Counted from the first letter of the stretch, positions 1 to 8,408 are shown. The stretch is DNA of 32,000 nt from Haloferax volcanii DS2 (GCF_000025685.1 NC_013966.1:180001-212000), one strand, 5' to 3'. Translations and numbers: made by a program. Notes: generated by a model from the sequence alone, not told the origin.

Positions 1-359
1 TCGAAGCGGCGGGACGCCCGGTTTCGCGCGACGGTGCTTCCGACCCGCGACAGTGGCGTCAACACGACGACGACGCCGAGATACGCGGGCAGATAGTAGG
101 TGTCCGAGCGGGAGAACAGACCGCCGGTCGCGCCGGTCTTGACGAGGACGCCGAAGATGAGGACGATGAAGACGGGAAAGAAGAACGTGAAGAAGACGGC
201 CGTCCGCCGCCGGAGAAACGCGCGCGTCTCGGCGACGGCCTCCGCGCGGACCCGGCGGGTCGCCCCGGCGAGAGCGCGCGACCGACCGCCGTCGCCCGTC
301 TGTTTCGTCTCGGCCGCCGGGGACGTCTCGTCCGTTCCGCCCGCCTCCGTCGCGCTCAT
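1..359 (-). CDS. ABC-2 type transporter permease, N-terminal part (gene continues past the left edge)
   Basis: The reverse-strand ATG at 357-359 overlaps the TGA stop (356-358) of the upstream ATPase gene (ATGA coupling). My translation reads MSATEAGGTDETSPAAETKQTGDGGRSRALAGATRRVRAEAVAETRAFLRRRTAVFFTFFFPVFIVLIFGVLVKTG. That is a cytoplasmic tail followed by a first TM helix, as in ABC-2 permeases. It is absent from the ORF track because it is truncated. Confidence 0.7.
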   Translation of the reverse strand, partial: MSATEAGGTDETSPAAETKQTGDGGRSRALAGATRRVRAEAVAETRAFLRRRTAVFFTFFFPVFIVLIFGVLVKTGATGGLFSRSDTYYLPAYLGVVVVLTPLSRVGSTVARNRASRRF

Positions 360-1339
360 CGCGTCACCCCCGCGTCGCCAGCGACGCCCGCCGGACCGGC
401 GCTCGCGATGCAGTCGTGGCCGCGCTCGCTGGCGAGGTTGAGATACACGTCCTCCAGCGTCGGGTGGACGAGACTCACTTCCTCGTAGGCGATATCGGCC
501 GCGTCGAGATGGTCGAGCATCGCGGTCAGGTCATCGGGACCGGCGTCGAAAAAGCGGTACTCGTAGTCGCCGTACCGGCGGCCGTCGAGGGGCGTCGCGT
601 CGAGGTCGAGCGCGCGCGGGCACTCGGTCCGGACCGCGAGTCGGGTCTCGCCGCCGAAGCGCTCGACGAGGTCCCGGGGCGGACCGACGCGGACGAGTTC
701 GCCGTCGGTGAGAAGCCCGACGCGGTCGGCGAGGCGCTCGGCTTCGGCCATGTAGTGCGTCGTGAGCACGACGGCGGTCCCGTCGTCGGCCAGCGAGTCG
801 ACGAGGTCCCACACGTCGCGGCGACCAGCGGGGTCGATACCGGTGGTCGGCTCGTCCAGAAACAGGAGTTCGGGGTCGTTGACGAGCGCCGCGCCGACGC
901 AGACGCGGCGCTGTTGACCCCCCGAGAGGTCGGTGTAGGCCGTCGCCGCGTCCTCGTCGTCGAGGCCGACTCGGTCGAGCACCTCGTCGACCGGTCGCGG
1001 GTCGGGGTAGAGCCCGGCGTAGTAGGAGACGAGTTCGCGGCCCGTGAGTCGCCGGTGGGGTGAGAACTCCTGCGGGAGCACGCTCAGCCGCGAGCGGTCG
1101 ACCGCGGTCGGCGACTCGCCGAACACCCGAACCGAACCCTCGGTCGGGATTCGCGTCCCAGTCAGCAGGCCGAGGAGCGTCGATTTCCCGGCCCCGTTCG
1201 GGCCGATGAGACCGAACACCTCGCCCTCGTGAACGTCGAGCGACACGTCCCGAACCGCGACGGTGTCGCCGTACTGCTTCCTCACGGCTGTCGCCGTGAC
1301 CGCCGGGCGCGTCGACTCGGCGGCCGTGTGTCCAGACAT
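356..1339 (-). CDS. ABC transporter ATP-binding protein (ABC-2/DrrA-like exporter ATPase)
   Basis: Walker A GPNGAGKST, signature LSGGQQRR, Walker B LLFLDEPTTGID and H-loop TTHYM are all present. I prefer the ATG at 1337-1339 (MSGHTAAE...) over the TTG at 1384 used by the ORF track. Confidence 0.9.
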   Translation of the reverse strand: MSGHTAAESTRPAVTATAVRKQYGDTVAVRDVSLDVHEGEVFGLIGPNGAGKSTLLGLLTGTRIPTEGSVRVFGESPTAVDRSRLSVLPQEFSPHRRLTGRELVSYYAGLYPDPRPVDEVLDRVGLDDEDAATAYTDLSGGQQRRVCVGAALVNDPELLFLDEPTTGIDPAGRRDVWDLVDSLADDGTAVVLTTHYMAEAERLADRVGLLTDGELVRVGPPRDLVERFGGETRLAVRTECPRALDLDATPLDGRRYGDYEYRFFDAGPDDLTAMLDHLDAADIAYEEVSLVHPTLEDVYLNLASERGHDCIASAGPAGVAGDAGVTR

Positions 1340-1447
1340 AGCTCGTGTTCGAGTCGATATTGACAACGGCTTAGTCCTTGTCAAATCGGCTGGGGACGTG
1401 TCGGTGACACAAGTATATCAACCGTCGGGGCGACCGTAGCGTATACA

Positions 1448-2215
1448 ATGCCGAATCGGCGACACCGGCGGACGGCCCCGACGCGCCGCGAGTTACTCTC
1501 GGTGACCGACGAGTTATCGCTCGCGCGGAAGGGAGAACGCATCCTCGAACGACGACGCGACAGTCTCGTTTTCGTCCTTCTCGACCTGTTAGACCGGTGG
1601 ACGGAACTGCGCCGCGAGACCGACGAGGCGTTCCGCGACGCGGCTGAGCTCCACGTCTGGGGCGCAGAGCGGGAGGGCGAAATCGCGCTTCGCGCGCTCT
1701 CGGAGGCGCGGAGCTCTCACACGGAGCTCATCGTCTCCGAGACGAAGCTCGTCGGGCTGACCGTCCCGTTCTTTCTGAGCACGTCGGCGCGGCGGTCGCT
1801 CGACGGGCGGGGGTACGGCGTCCTCGGCACGAGCGCGCTCGACGACGAGCTCGTCGGGTCCTACGAGTCGGTCGTGGAGGACGTCGTCAGGCTGGCGGAG
1901 ATGCGGGCGGTCCTCCTGCGGCTCCTCGCGGAGATTCGACGGCTCCGGCTCCGCGTCAACTACCTCACCCAGCGGCTCATCCCGGAGTTGGAGGTGGAAA
2001 AACGGTATATCCGCCGATACCTCGACGAGCGCGAACAGGAAGAGCGCTTCCGACAGTTCCGGACCAAACAGCGCAACGAGCGACGGCAAGCCGAGCGACG
2101 GGAGGCAGAGCGACGAGAAGCAGAACAGCAGGAAGCAGAACAGCAGGAAGCCGAGCAACAAGAAAACGAGCGGGGGGTGGAGACGCGACGAGCCGACGGC
2201 GGCGACCGCGACTGA
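1448..2215 (+). CDS. V-type ATP synthase subunit D family paralog, stand-alone, with a repetitive charged tail
   Basis: The protein shows subunit-D-like architecture. The N-terminal helix is PTRRELLSVTDELSLARKGERILERRRDSL, the central loop is LDGRGYGVLGTS, and the C-terminal helix is IRRLRLRVNYLTQRLIPELEVEKRYIRRYLDEREQEE. No other atp genes are adjacent. The C-terminus carries five AE(R/Q)(R/Q)E units. A TATA-like AGTATATCAA lies about 30 nt upstream, which would fit a leaderless mRNA. Confidence 0.7.
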   Translation: MPNRRHRRTAPTRRELLSVTDELSLARKGERILERRRDSLVFVLLDLLDRWTELRRETDEAFRDAAELHVWGAEREGEIALRALSEARSSHTELIVSETKLVGLTVPFFLSTSARRSLDGRGYGVLGTSALDDELVGSYESVVEDVVRLAEMRAVLLRLLAEIRRLRLRVNYLTQRLIPELEVEKRYIRRYLDEREQEERFRQFRTKQRNERRQAERREAERREAEQQEAEQQEAEQQENERGVETRRADGGDRD

Positions 2216-2279
2216 GACGAGGTCACCCGCCAAGCGTAGTCTTATTACCGTCGCGCCACCAGTTCCGTGCAACGAGACA

Positions 2280-3068
2280 ATGTGCAAGGTCGACGTGGCA
2301 ATCGAACGGTACGGACTCGCCGCGCCGACCGGCAGGTACGACTCCGTCGACGACTATCTGCTGGCGCGGTGGACCGGGGCCGACGGCGGCGAAAGCGAGG
2401 GGTACAAGTCGCTCACGGCGTGGTTCAACAAGCGACTGCTCGCGCGCGTCTACGAGCGGAACGGTCGCGACGTGACCGACGTGCGCCTCGACGCGGAGTA
2501 CGAGGCCCTCGTCGGTGACGACGAACTCGACTACGGCGACGTGGCCGCGGACCTCGCCACCGACGACATCGACGCCGACGAGGTGACGGGCGCGATGGCG
2601 TCGTGGAGCACGATGCGACGCCACCTCAACGACTGCCTCGACGGCGAGAAACCGACCGTCGAGGCGTCCTCGGACTGGGAGCGAAACAGCGTCGACATCG
2701 CGCGCGAGACGGTCGCAGAGAAGGCCGAGTCGGCGCTCGCGTCGCTGGGGAAGAAAGGGCGACTCGCCGGGGCCGAGGACGCCGGCGTCGACGTGCAGGT
2801 GAAGGTGTCCTGCGCGGAGTGCCCGACGCGGGTCCCGCTCGAAGACGCGCTCGACCGCGGGTTCGTCTGTCAGGAGCACCACGCCGGTGCCGACGAGATG
2901 GCCGAGGAGGCCGTCCGCGAGACCGGCGTCGCGCCCGACGGCGGGGCCGACTCGGGCGGGCGGCTCCGGGCGGTGCTCCCCATCGGCGCGCTCTCCAGCG
3001 CCGGCCTCGCGCTCAGCGAGTACACCGGGACGGCGCTCGAACTCGTCGCGGCCGCCGGAATGGCATGA
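2280..3068 (+). CDS. rdfA: RdfA-like (rod-determining factor family) protein with a putative C2-CH zinc knuckle
   Basis: The N-terminus CKVDVAIERYGL...YLLARWTG...SLTAWFNKRLL matches my recollection of the haloarchaeal RdfA family. The gene sits directly upstream of an archaeal SMC-related gene. CAEC...(17 aa)...CQEH forms a Zn-ribbon-like motif, and the C-terminal segment LPIGALSSAGLALS is hydrophobic. The stop overlaps the next gene's ATG (ATGA at 3065-3068). The family assignment is from memory, not from a search. Confidence 0.5.
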   Translation: MCKVDVAIERYGLAAPTGRYDSVDDYLLARWTGADGGESEGYKSLTAWFNKRLLARVYERNGRDVTDVRLDAEYEALVGDDELDYGDVAADLATDDIDADEVTGAMASWSTMRRHLNDCLDGEKPTVEASSDWERNSVDIARETVAEKAESALASLGKKGRLAGAEDAGVDVQVKVSCAECPTRVPLEDALDRGFVCQEHHAGADEMAEEAVRETGVAPDGGADSGGRLRAVLPIGALSSAGLALSEYTGTALELVAAAGMA

Positions 3069-4846
3069 GCTGGCACCTCGACGTGGAGCACGTCGCCGGG
3101 ATTCGACGCGGGAGCGCGACGCTCGAACCGGGGTTGAACGCCGTCCGCGCGAGCAACTGGCAGGGGAAATCGAGCTTTCTCGCCGCGATAGCGACCGTCC
3201 TCGGGACGGCGTCGCCGCTGACCGAAGGCGCGACCGAGGGGCGCGTCTCGCTTTCGACCGACGACGGGGAGTACGCGGTCGAGTTGACCCGAGACGGAAG
3301 GAACGTCCGGACGACCGGCGAGCCGTATCTGTCCGCCGAGGCCGACCGCGTCTGCGCCGACCTGTTCGCGTTCCTCGGCGAGGAAAACGAGATTCGGCGG
3401 GCCGTCCGCGAGGGAGACGACCTCGAACCCCTCCTCACGCGACCGCTCGATTTCGAGGATATCGACGCGAACATCGCCGAGGCGCGCCGCGAGCGCGACC
3501 GCGTGGACGAGGCGCTCTCGGAGGCCGAAGACGCGGCCGACCGCCTGCCGACGCTGGCCGGGCGGGTGTCGGAACTCGAAGCCGAGGTCGAGGAGTTAGA
3601 GGCGAAGCGCGCGGCGGCCGACGCCGCCGGCGGAGACGAGACGCGCGAGGCGCTCAGCGACGCCCGCGCGGAGCGCTCCCGCGTCCAGAGCCGCATCGAC
3701 CGACTCGAATCGACCGCCGAGCGGGTCCGAGAACAACTCGACGCGCGCAACGAGGAACTCGACGGACTCGACGTGGAAGACGACGAGGAACTGGCGCGCG
3801 AACTCGACGCGGCGAAGCGGGAACTCAACCGGCAGGAACGCGATATCGAGCTTCTTCGGGGCGTCTACGACGCGAACCGCCGCGTCGTGGCCGAAGACCG
3901 GACCGAACTGCTGACCGACGTGACCCACGGCGTCGTCGACGACGAACTCGCGTGTTGGGTCTGCGGTGCCGAGACGGACGCCTCGTCGGTGACCGAGCGG
4001 CTCGACGACCTCGCCGAGCGTATCGAACGCCGAACCACGGCGGCCGAAGCCAGCCGAGAGCGCGTCGAGGAACTCACCGAGCGCGTCGAGTCGCGCGAGA
4101 AGCGACGCCGACGCGAACGGGAACTTCAGACCGAACTCCGAGAGCTCCGCGAGCGCCGGTCGGACCTCGAACGCCGCCTCGACGACGCGCGCGAACGCGA
4201 CGCCGAACTCGCCGAGCGTATCGACGACCTCCGCGAGCAAATCGAATCAGATTCCGAACAGATAACCGATATCGAAAGCGAACTGAAGTACGCGAACGCG
4301 CGTCTCGACGACGCGAAGTCGGAACTCGAATCGGCTGAATCGGAGGCCGAAAAGCTCGAATCACTGCGTTCACAGCGACAGTCGCTGACCGAAGAGATAA
4401 CCCGTCTCCGGCGGCGAAAACAAGAGATAAAGAAAGAGACACGAGACGCGTTCGACGACGCGATTCGCGAAATCGTCCCGCTGTTCGAGACGGGGTTCGA
4501 GAGCGCGCGGTTGACGAGCGAGTTCGACCTCGTCGTCGCCCGCGACGGCCGCGAGGCGTCGCTGGGCGCGCTCAGCGAGGGCGAGGTCGAACTCCTCGGG
4601 CTGGCGACGGCGCTCGCGGGGTACCAGGCGTTCGACGTGGCCGAGCGCGTGCCGGTCATGCTCGTGGACCGCCTCGGCGGCATCGCCGACGAGAACCTCG
4701 GTCGGCTGACCGAGTATCTCTCCGGGACGGCGACGTATCTCGTGATGACGGCGTATCCAGAGCACAGCGCCGTCGAGGGGAACGATATCGACCCCTCGGA
4801 GTGGTCTGTCGTCTCGGACTCGGCCGCCACACGGGGAGCCGAATAA
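3065..4846 (+). CDS. Archaeal SMC-related / Rad50-like coiled-coil ATPase (Sph-like)
   Basis: The true start is MSWHLDVEHVAGI at residue 155 of the 747-aa track ORF. The N-terminal head has ASNWQGKSS (P-loop GKS). A ~400-aa Glu/Arg/Leu-rich coiled coil is interrupted by CWVCG (3953-3967). The C-terminal head has LSEGEVELL (signature) and VMLVDRLGG (Walker B Asp). Confidence 0.85.
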   Translation: MSWHLDVEHVAGIRRGSATLEPGLNAVRASNWQGKSSFLAAIATVLGTASPLTEGATEGRVSLSTDDGEYAVELTRDGRNVRTTGEPYLSAEADRVCADLFAFLGEENEIRRAVREGDDLEPLLTRPLDFEDIDANIAEARRERDRVDEALSEAEDAADRLPTLAGRVSELEAEVEELEAKRAAADAAGGDETREALSDARAERSRVQSRIDRLESTAERVREQLDARNEELDGLDVEDDEELARELDAAKRELNRQERDIELLRGVYDANRRVVAEDRTELLTDVTHGVVDDELACWVCGAETDASSVTERLDDLAERIERRTTAAEASRERVEELTERVESREKRRRRERELQTELRELRERRSDLERRLDDARERDAELAERIDDLREQIESDSEQITDIESELKYANARLDDAKSELESAESEAEKLESLRSQRQSLTEEITRLRRRKQEIKKETRDAFDDAIREIVPLFETGFESARLTSEFDLVVARDGREASLGALSEGEVELLGLATALAGYQAFDVAERVPVMLVDRLGGIADENLGRLTEYLSGTATYLVMTAYPEHSAVEGNDIDPSEWSVVSDSAATRGAE

Positions 4847-4888
4847 AGCCCGCGACGGGTCAGCGGTCGTATTCGGAACCCGTGTGTC

Positions 4889-5605
4889 TCACTCCAGCGT
4901 GAGCGAAAAGCCCCACGTCGCCTCCTGTCTCTCGCCGTCGGACCCAGAAAGCCCGCCAGTAGCGAAGTCGGCCTCGAAGCGAAACTCGCCGACCGGGAGA
5001 CAGCTCGCTTCGTCGCCCTCGGACTGGGCGACGCCGTAGAGGTCCACCAGTTCCGACCGCGACTCGCCGGGTTCGAGCGAGAGAATCCGGTACTCCTCGG
5101 TCACGGCGATGTGGTCTTCGAGCCGCCAACAGCCCGCCTCGGCGGGGTACTCTCCGTCCGCGGGGAGGAAGATGAGGTCGTTCGTCGCGTCCGAGACGTA
5201 CTGGAAGAAGACCGTTCTGCCCTCGCCGACCTCGACCGTCTCGTCGCCGGTGTTCGTCAGCGTGATTCGGACCTGCGGCGGGTGCTCGTCGGTCGCGAGG
5301 TCCTCGGTTATCTCGACTTCGTGCTCGACCGGCACGTCGGGCGCGTCGTCGACGCTGACCAGTGAGATGCCGGGACCGCCGGACGGACGAGTGCCGCCGG
5401 TTCCGTCGTCGGTGCCGTTTCCGTCCGGAAGGTCGTCTGTCGTGTCCGTCGGCTCGTCGGTCGTGGGGTCGTCAGTCGGCGTGTCCGTCTGTTCGTCGTC
5501 AGTCGTCGCGCCGTCGTCCGACCCTCCGTTGCCGACACAGCCGGCGAGGAGGCCGAACGAGAGGAGGGCGGTCGAACCGAGGACGGTGCGTCGTGTCAGG
5601 GACAT
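4889..5605 (-). CDS. Secreted Tat-signal lipoprotein, function unknown
   Basis: MSLTRRTVLGSTALLSFGLLAGC gives a twin-arginine motif plus a lipobox Cys. A Thr/Asp/Gly-rich linker follows, then a ~150-aa beta-rich domain. Confidence 0.75.
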   Translation of the reverse strand: MSLTRRTVLGSTALLSFGLLAGCVGNGGSDDGATTDDEQTDTPTDDPTTDEPTDTTDDLPDGNGTDDGTGGTRPSGGPGISLVSVDDAPDVPVEHEVEITEDLATDEHPPQVRITLTNTGDETVEVGEGRTVFFQYVSDATNDLIFLPADGEYPAEAGCWRLEDHIAVTEEYRILSLEPGESRSELVDLYGVAQSEGDEASCLPVGEFRFEADFATGGLSGSDGERQEATWGFSLTLE

Positions 5606-5663
5606 ACCCAGTAGTCGTCGCGGACGGGAATAACCCTACGCGAGAGTCAAATCGCGATTTGAG

Positions 5664-6275
5664 TCACGGGGCGGCGTCGCGGTGGCGGCGGTAGTGCTCC
5701 CACTCCGCGTCGGTGCCGTAGTGGACGACCAAGTCGGTCGCGGTCTGCTCAGCGACGCCCGACGCCCGCGTGAGCGCGGCGGTGTTCCGTTCGAGCACCG
5801 CGGCCGCGACGGCGTCCGCGCTCCCGAAGTGGTCGAAGAGCGCCCTCGAGACGCGGTCGCCGGCGTTCGGGACCGGCGCGCAGGCCGTCCGGATGCGCGC
5901 CCGCTCGGCCCGGTCGTCCACGCGCTCGACCCACGTCTGCGTCCACGCGGCGACCGCCTCGCGCTCGGCGTCGGACGACGGCGGCTCGAACTCGCGGACC
6001 GAGTCGTCGACGACGCCGCCGAACCGGGCCGACACGGAGAGGCCGTCCGGATGCGGGAGGACGTGCACGCCCGGCGAGTCGCCGGAGTCGATACCGACGA
6101 GCACCGCGGGGACGGCCTTCTCGAAGCGGAGCGCGAAGTTCGCCGGCCGCGGCTCGCCGGGCGGGTAGATGACCCACTCGTCGCTCGGCAGTTCGACGCG
6201 CTCCGGAAGCCAGCCGAGCGCGTCGCTCTCGGCCGGGGTGGCGTCGTCAGTCGCCGGGTCTGTGTCGCGTGTCAC
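5664..6275 (-). CDS. Hypothetical protein with a C-terminal helix-hairpin-helix-like tail
   Basis: The 203-aa ORF is acidic with good GC3. The C-terminal FGSADAVAAAV...LTRASGVAEQTATDLV resembles tandem HhH motifs. I recognise no other family signature. Confidence 0.6.
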   Translation of the reverse strand: MTRDTDPATDDATPAESDALGWLPERVELPSDEWVIYPPGEPRPANFALRFEKAVPAVLVGIDSGDSPGVHVLPHPDGLSVSARFGGVVDDSVREFEPPSSDAEREAVAAWTQTWVERVDDRAERARIRTACAPVPNAGDRVSRALFDHFGSADAVAAAVLERNTAALTRASGVAEQTATDLVVHYGTDAEWEHYRRHRDAAP

Positions 6276-6475
6276 GTCGGTCCCTCGGTCCGGGGCGTCG
6301 GCAATCGACGCCCCGACGTTCGTCGGGTTGAGGGTCCGACGGAGAACTGATAAGACACGCGGTTGTGACTGACGCGCGACGCGGAGTGTCGCTCCCGACG
6401 ACAGCTCACGACCAGACCCAGACCGCGATTACTCACACCCGGTCGCTCAAGTATGTCGAGCACGAACGCGTCTCT

Positions 6476-6715
6476 ATGCCCGTCGTAGAAGTCAATCTCC
6501 CGGACGAACTGCTCGTCGAGTTCGAACAGCTCGTCGACGAAGAGTTCATCAGCGAAGAACAGGCCGTCGAGGAACTCCTCTCGATGGGAATGGACGCCTA
6601 CGGTGCCCCCGTCGACGACGAGGACGGCGTCCAGTCCGACTTCGTCCAGAGCGCCCAGAACAACCTCTTCGACACCGCCGGCGACCCCGGCGGCCTCGAC
6701 GACGACGTGCTCTGA
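6476..6715 (+). CDS. Small acidic protein, possible ribbon-helix-helix fold
   Basis: MPVVEVNLPDELLVEFEQLVDEEFISEEQAVEELLSMG has a beta-strand, helix, helix pattern. The start is taken at the ATG at 6476, because the upstream part of the track ORF is not protein-like. Confidence 0.55.
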   Translation: MPVVEVNLPDELLVEFEQLVDEEFISEEQAVEELLSMGMDAYGAPVDDEDGVQSDFVQSAQNNLFDTAGDPGGLDDDVL

Positions 6716-7109
6716 GGCGGCGGTCAGCCCGCGCCATCTGAGTCGTCGCCTCGCGCGGCACCGCGCCGAACTGCTAACTGTTCTTTGTCTTTCGGTCGAG
6801 AGCGACTGCCTCGCCAACTCGGTCGGTTCGTCCCGGGGCGACAGTTTCGCCAGTCCCCCGGTATGCTGTGGATAACCGACCCGAAACCGTCGGATTGCTC
6901 GACTTTCACGAATCGAATCCGGTTCGTCGCGTCCGAATCCACAGTTCGGTCGCAGGTGCGGCGCTCGCGCAGCGGCGCGGTCCGACCCCGTCGCGGACGG
7001 CCGCCCGCGTTCCGACCACCGAGTCGACCGGGGCGAATCGGCTCCCGTCTCCCACCTCGAATCCGTTAGCCGACCCATACTAATTCCGTCACCGCGCGAC
7101 GGTTCAGGC

Positions 7110-8408
7110 ATGTCCAAACGCGCGCACGCCCGAGAATCGGTACTCGTTCCATCGGGCAACTACACCTGCGTCCGGTCGCTCGGCGAGCGGGGCGTCCACA
7201 CGGTCATGGCCTCCGAACACGACGACACGCCGGCGGCCTCGTCTCGCTTCTGCGACGAACTCGTCCGCATCCCCACGCCGAAAGACGACCTCGTGGCCTA
7301 CAAAGACGCCCTCGTCGGTATCGCCGCCCGACCGGACGTGAAGACCGTCATCCCGACGCGGCCGGAAGACGGCTACGTCTTCTCGAAGTACCGCGACGAG
7401 TTCGAGCAGTACGTGGACCTCGTCGTCCCCGACTTCGAGACGCTCCGCCGGGTCCACGACCGAAAGCTCCTCTACGAGGCCGCCGTCGAGGCCGGCGTCC
7501 CCATGCCGCGGACCCGCCTGTTCAGCGAAATCGAGTCGTTCGACGAGCCCTCGATTATCAAGCCGCGGTACAACGTCGTCGCCGGCGAGTACGTCGAGGG
7601 CTACGACCCCCACGAGTACGACATCGTCAAGAGCGTCCGCCACGTCCGGCCCGGCGACCGACCCGACGCCGACGAGATATACGCCGAGATGAAACACGAC
7701 CCCATCGTACAGGACTACGTCCCGACCGAGGACAAGTACATGTTCGCGGCGCTGTACGACCACGGCGAACCGCTGGCGACGTTCCAGCACCTCCAGATTC
7801 GCGGGGACTCCTACACCGGCGGCGGCGGCGTCTACCGGACCTCGGTGTACGACCCCGAACTCGAAGCCGTCGCGCGGAAGCTCCTCGGACACATCGAGTG
7901 GCACGGCCTCGCGTGCATCGAGTACCTCAAGGACGCCGAGACGGGCGAGTTCAAACTCATCGAAATCAACCCCCGGATGTGGCAGTCGCTCCCCTCGACC
8001 GTCCGGGCCGGGGCCGACTTCCCGTACTACTACTGGTTGCAGGCGACCGGGCAGAAACACCGCATCGAACCGGGCTACGAACTCGGCGTCGGCACCCACT
8101 ACCTCTGGGGCGAACTCGGCTACGTGATGAGCGTCCGCCGCGACGACTCGCCGCTCGTCGAGCGCCCGTCGTTCGTCAAGACCGTCTGGGAGGTCGCCGC
8201 CTCAATCTACCGCGAACCGAGATTCGACCTCGCGCGCCTCGACGACCCGGTTCCCTTCGCCCGCTACGTGCACCACGCGCTGTTCAACCGGGGCGGCGAC
8301 GAAGCCGACGAGGAATCGACCGCCGACCACGACCGCGGGGGCGACGAATCGGAAGAGCCGAGGACCGGTATCACGCTGACGCCGGGACTCAACTTCAGAG
8401 GTCGCTGA
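7110..8408 (+). CDS. ATP-grasp domain protein (carboxylate-amine ligase family)
   Basis: The ATP-grasp core is visible: HDRKLLYEAAVEAGVPMPRT, SIIKPRY, IVQDYVP, and WHGLACIEYLKDAETGEFKLIEINPRMW, which is the typical E-x-N Mg-binding end. Confidence 0.85.
   Translation: MSKRAHARESVLVPSGNYTCVRSLGERGVHTVMASEHDDTPAASSRFCDELVRIPTPKDDLVAYKDALVGIAARPDVKTVIPTRPEDGYVFSKYRDEFEQYVDLVVPDFETLRRVHDRKLLYEAAVEAGVPMPRTRLFSEIESFDEPSIIKPRYNVVAGEYVEGYDPHEYDIVKSVRHVRPGDRPDADEIYAEMKHDPIVQDYVPTEDKYMFAALYDHGEPLATFQHLQIRGDSYTGGGGVYRTSVYDPELEAVARKLLGHIEWHGLACIEYLKDAETGEFKLIEINPRMWQSLPSTVRAGADFPYYYWLQATGQKHRIEPGYELGVGTHYLWGELGYVMSVRRDDSPLVERPSFVKTVWEVAASIYREPRFDLARLDDPVPFARYVHHALFNRGGDEADEESTADHDRGGDESEEPRTGITLTPGLNFRGR

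Noticed and set aside
2603-3064. An N-terminal 154-aa extension of the SMC-like ORF (track ORF 2603-4846)
   Set aside because: The extension is Arg-rich nonsense that overlaps the RdfA-like gene in another frame. The ATGA-coupled start at 3065 gives a proper ATPase head N-terminus.
6716-7109. Tested the non-coding gap as a tRNA, SRP (7S) RNA, RNase P RNA or C/D box sRNA
   Set aside because: I found no GGTTCGAATCC-type T-arm and no UGUAAC Alu motif. There is no GGAAGG...AGCA helix-8 motif. A GAAAGUC is present, but no partner P4 strand lies at a suitable distance. There is no UGAUGA/CUGA box pair. I kept it only as an unexplained structured gap.
6272-7159. A 295-aa minus-strand ORF spanning the same gap
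   Set aside because: Its composition is basic, Arg/Ser/Gly-rich and not protein-like. It overlaps the small acidic protein gene antisense.
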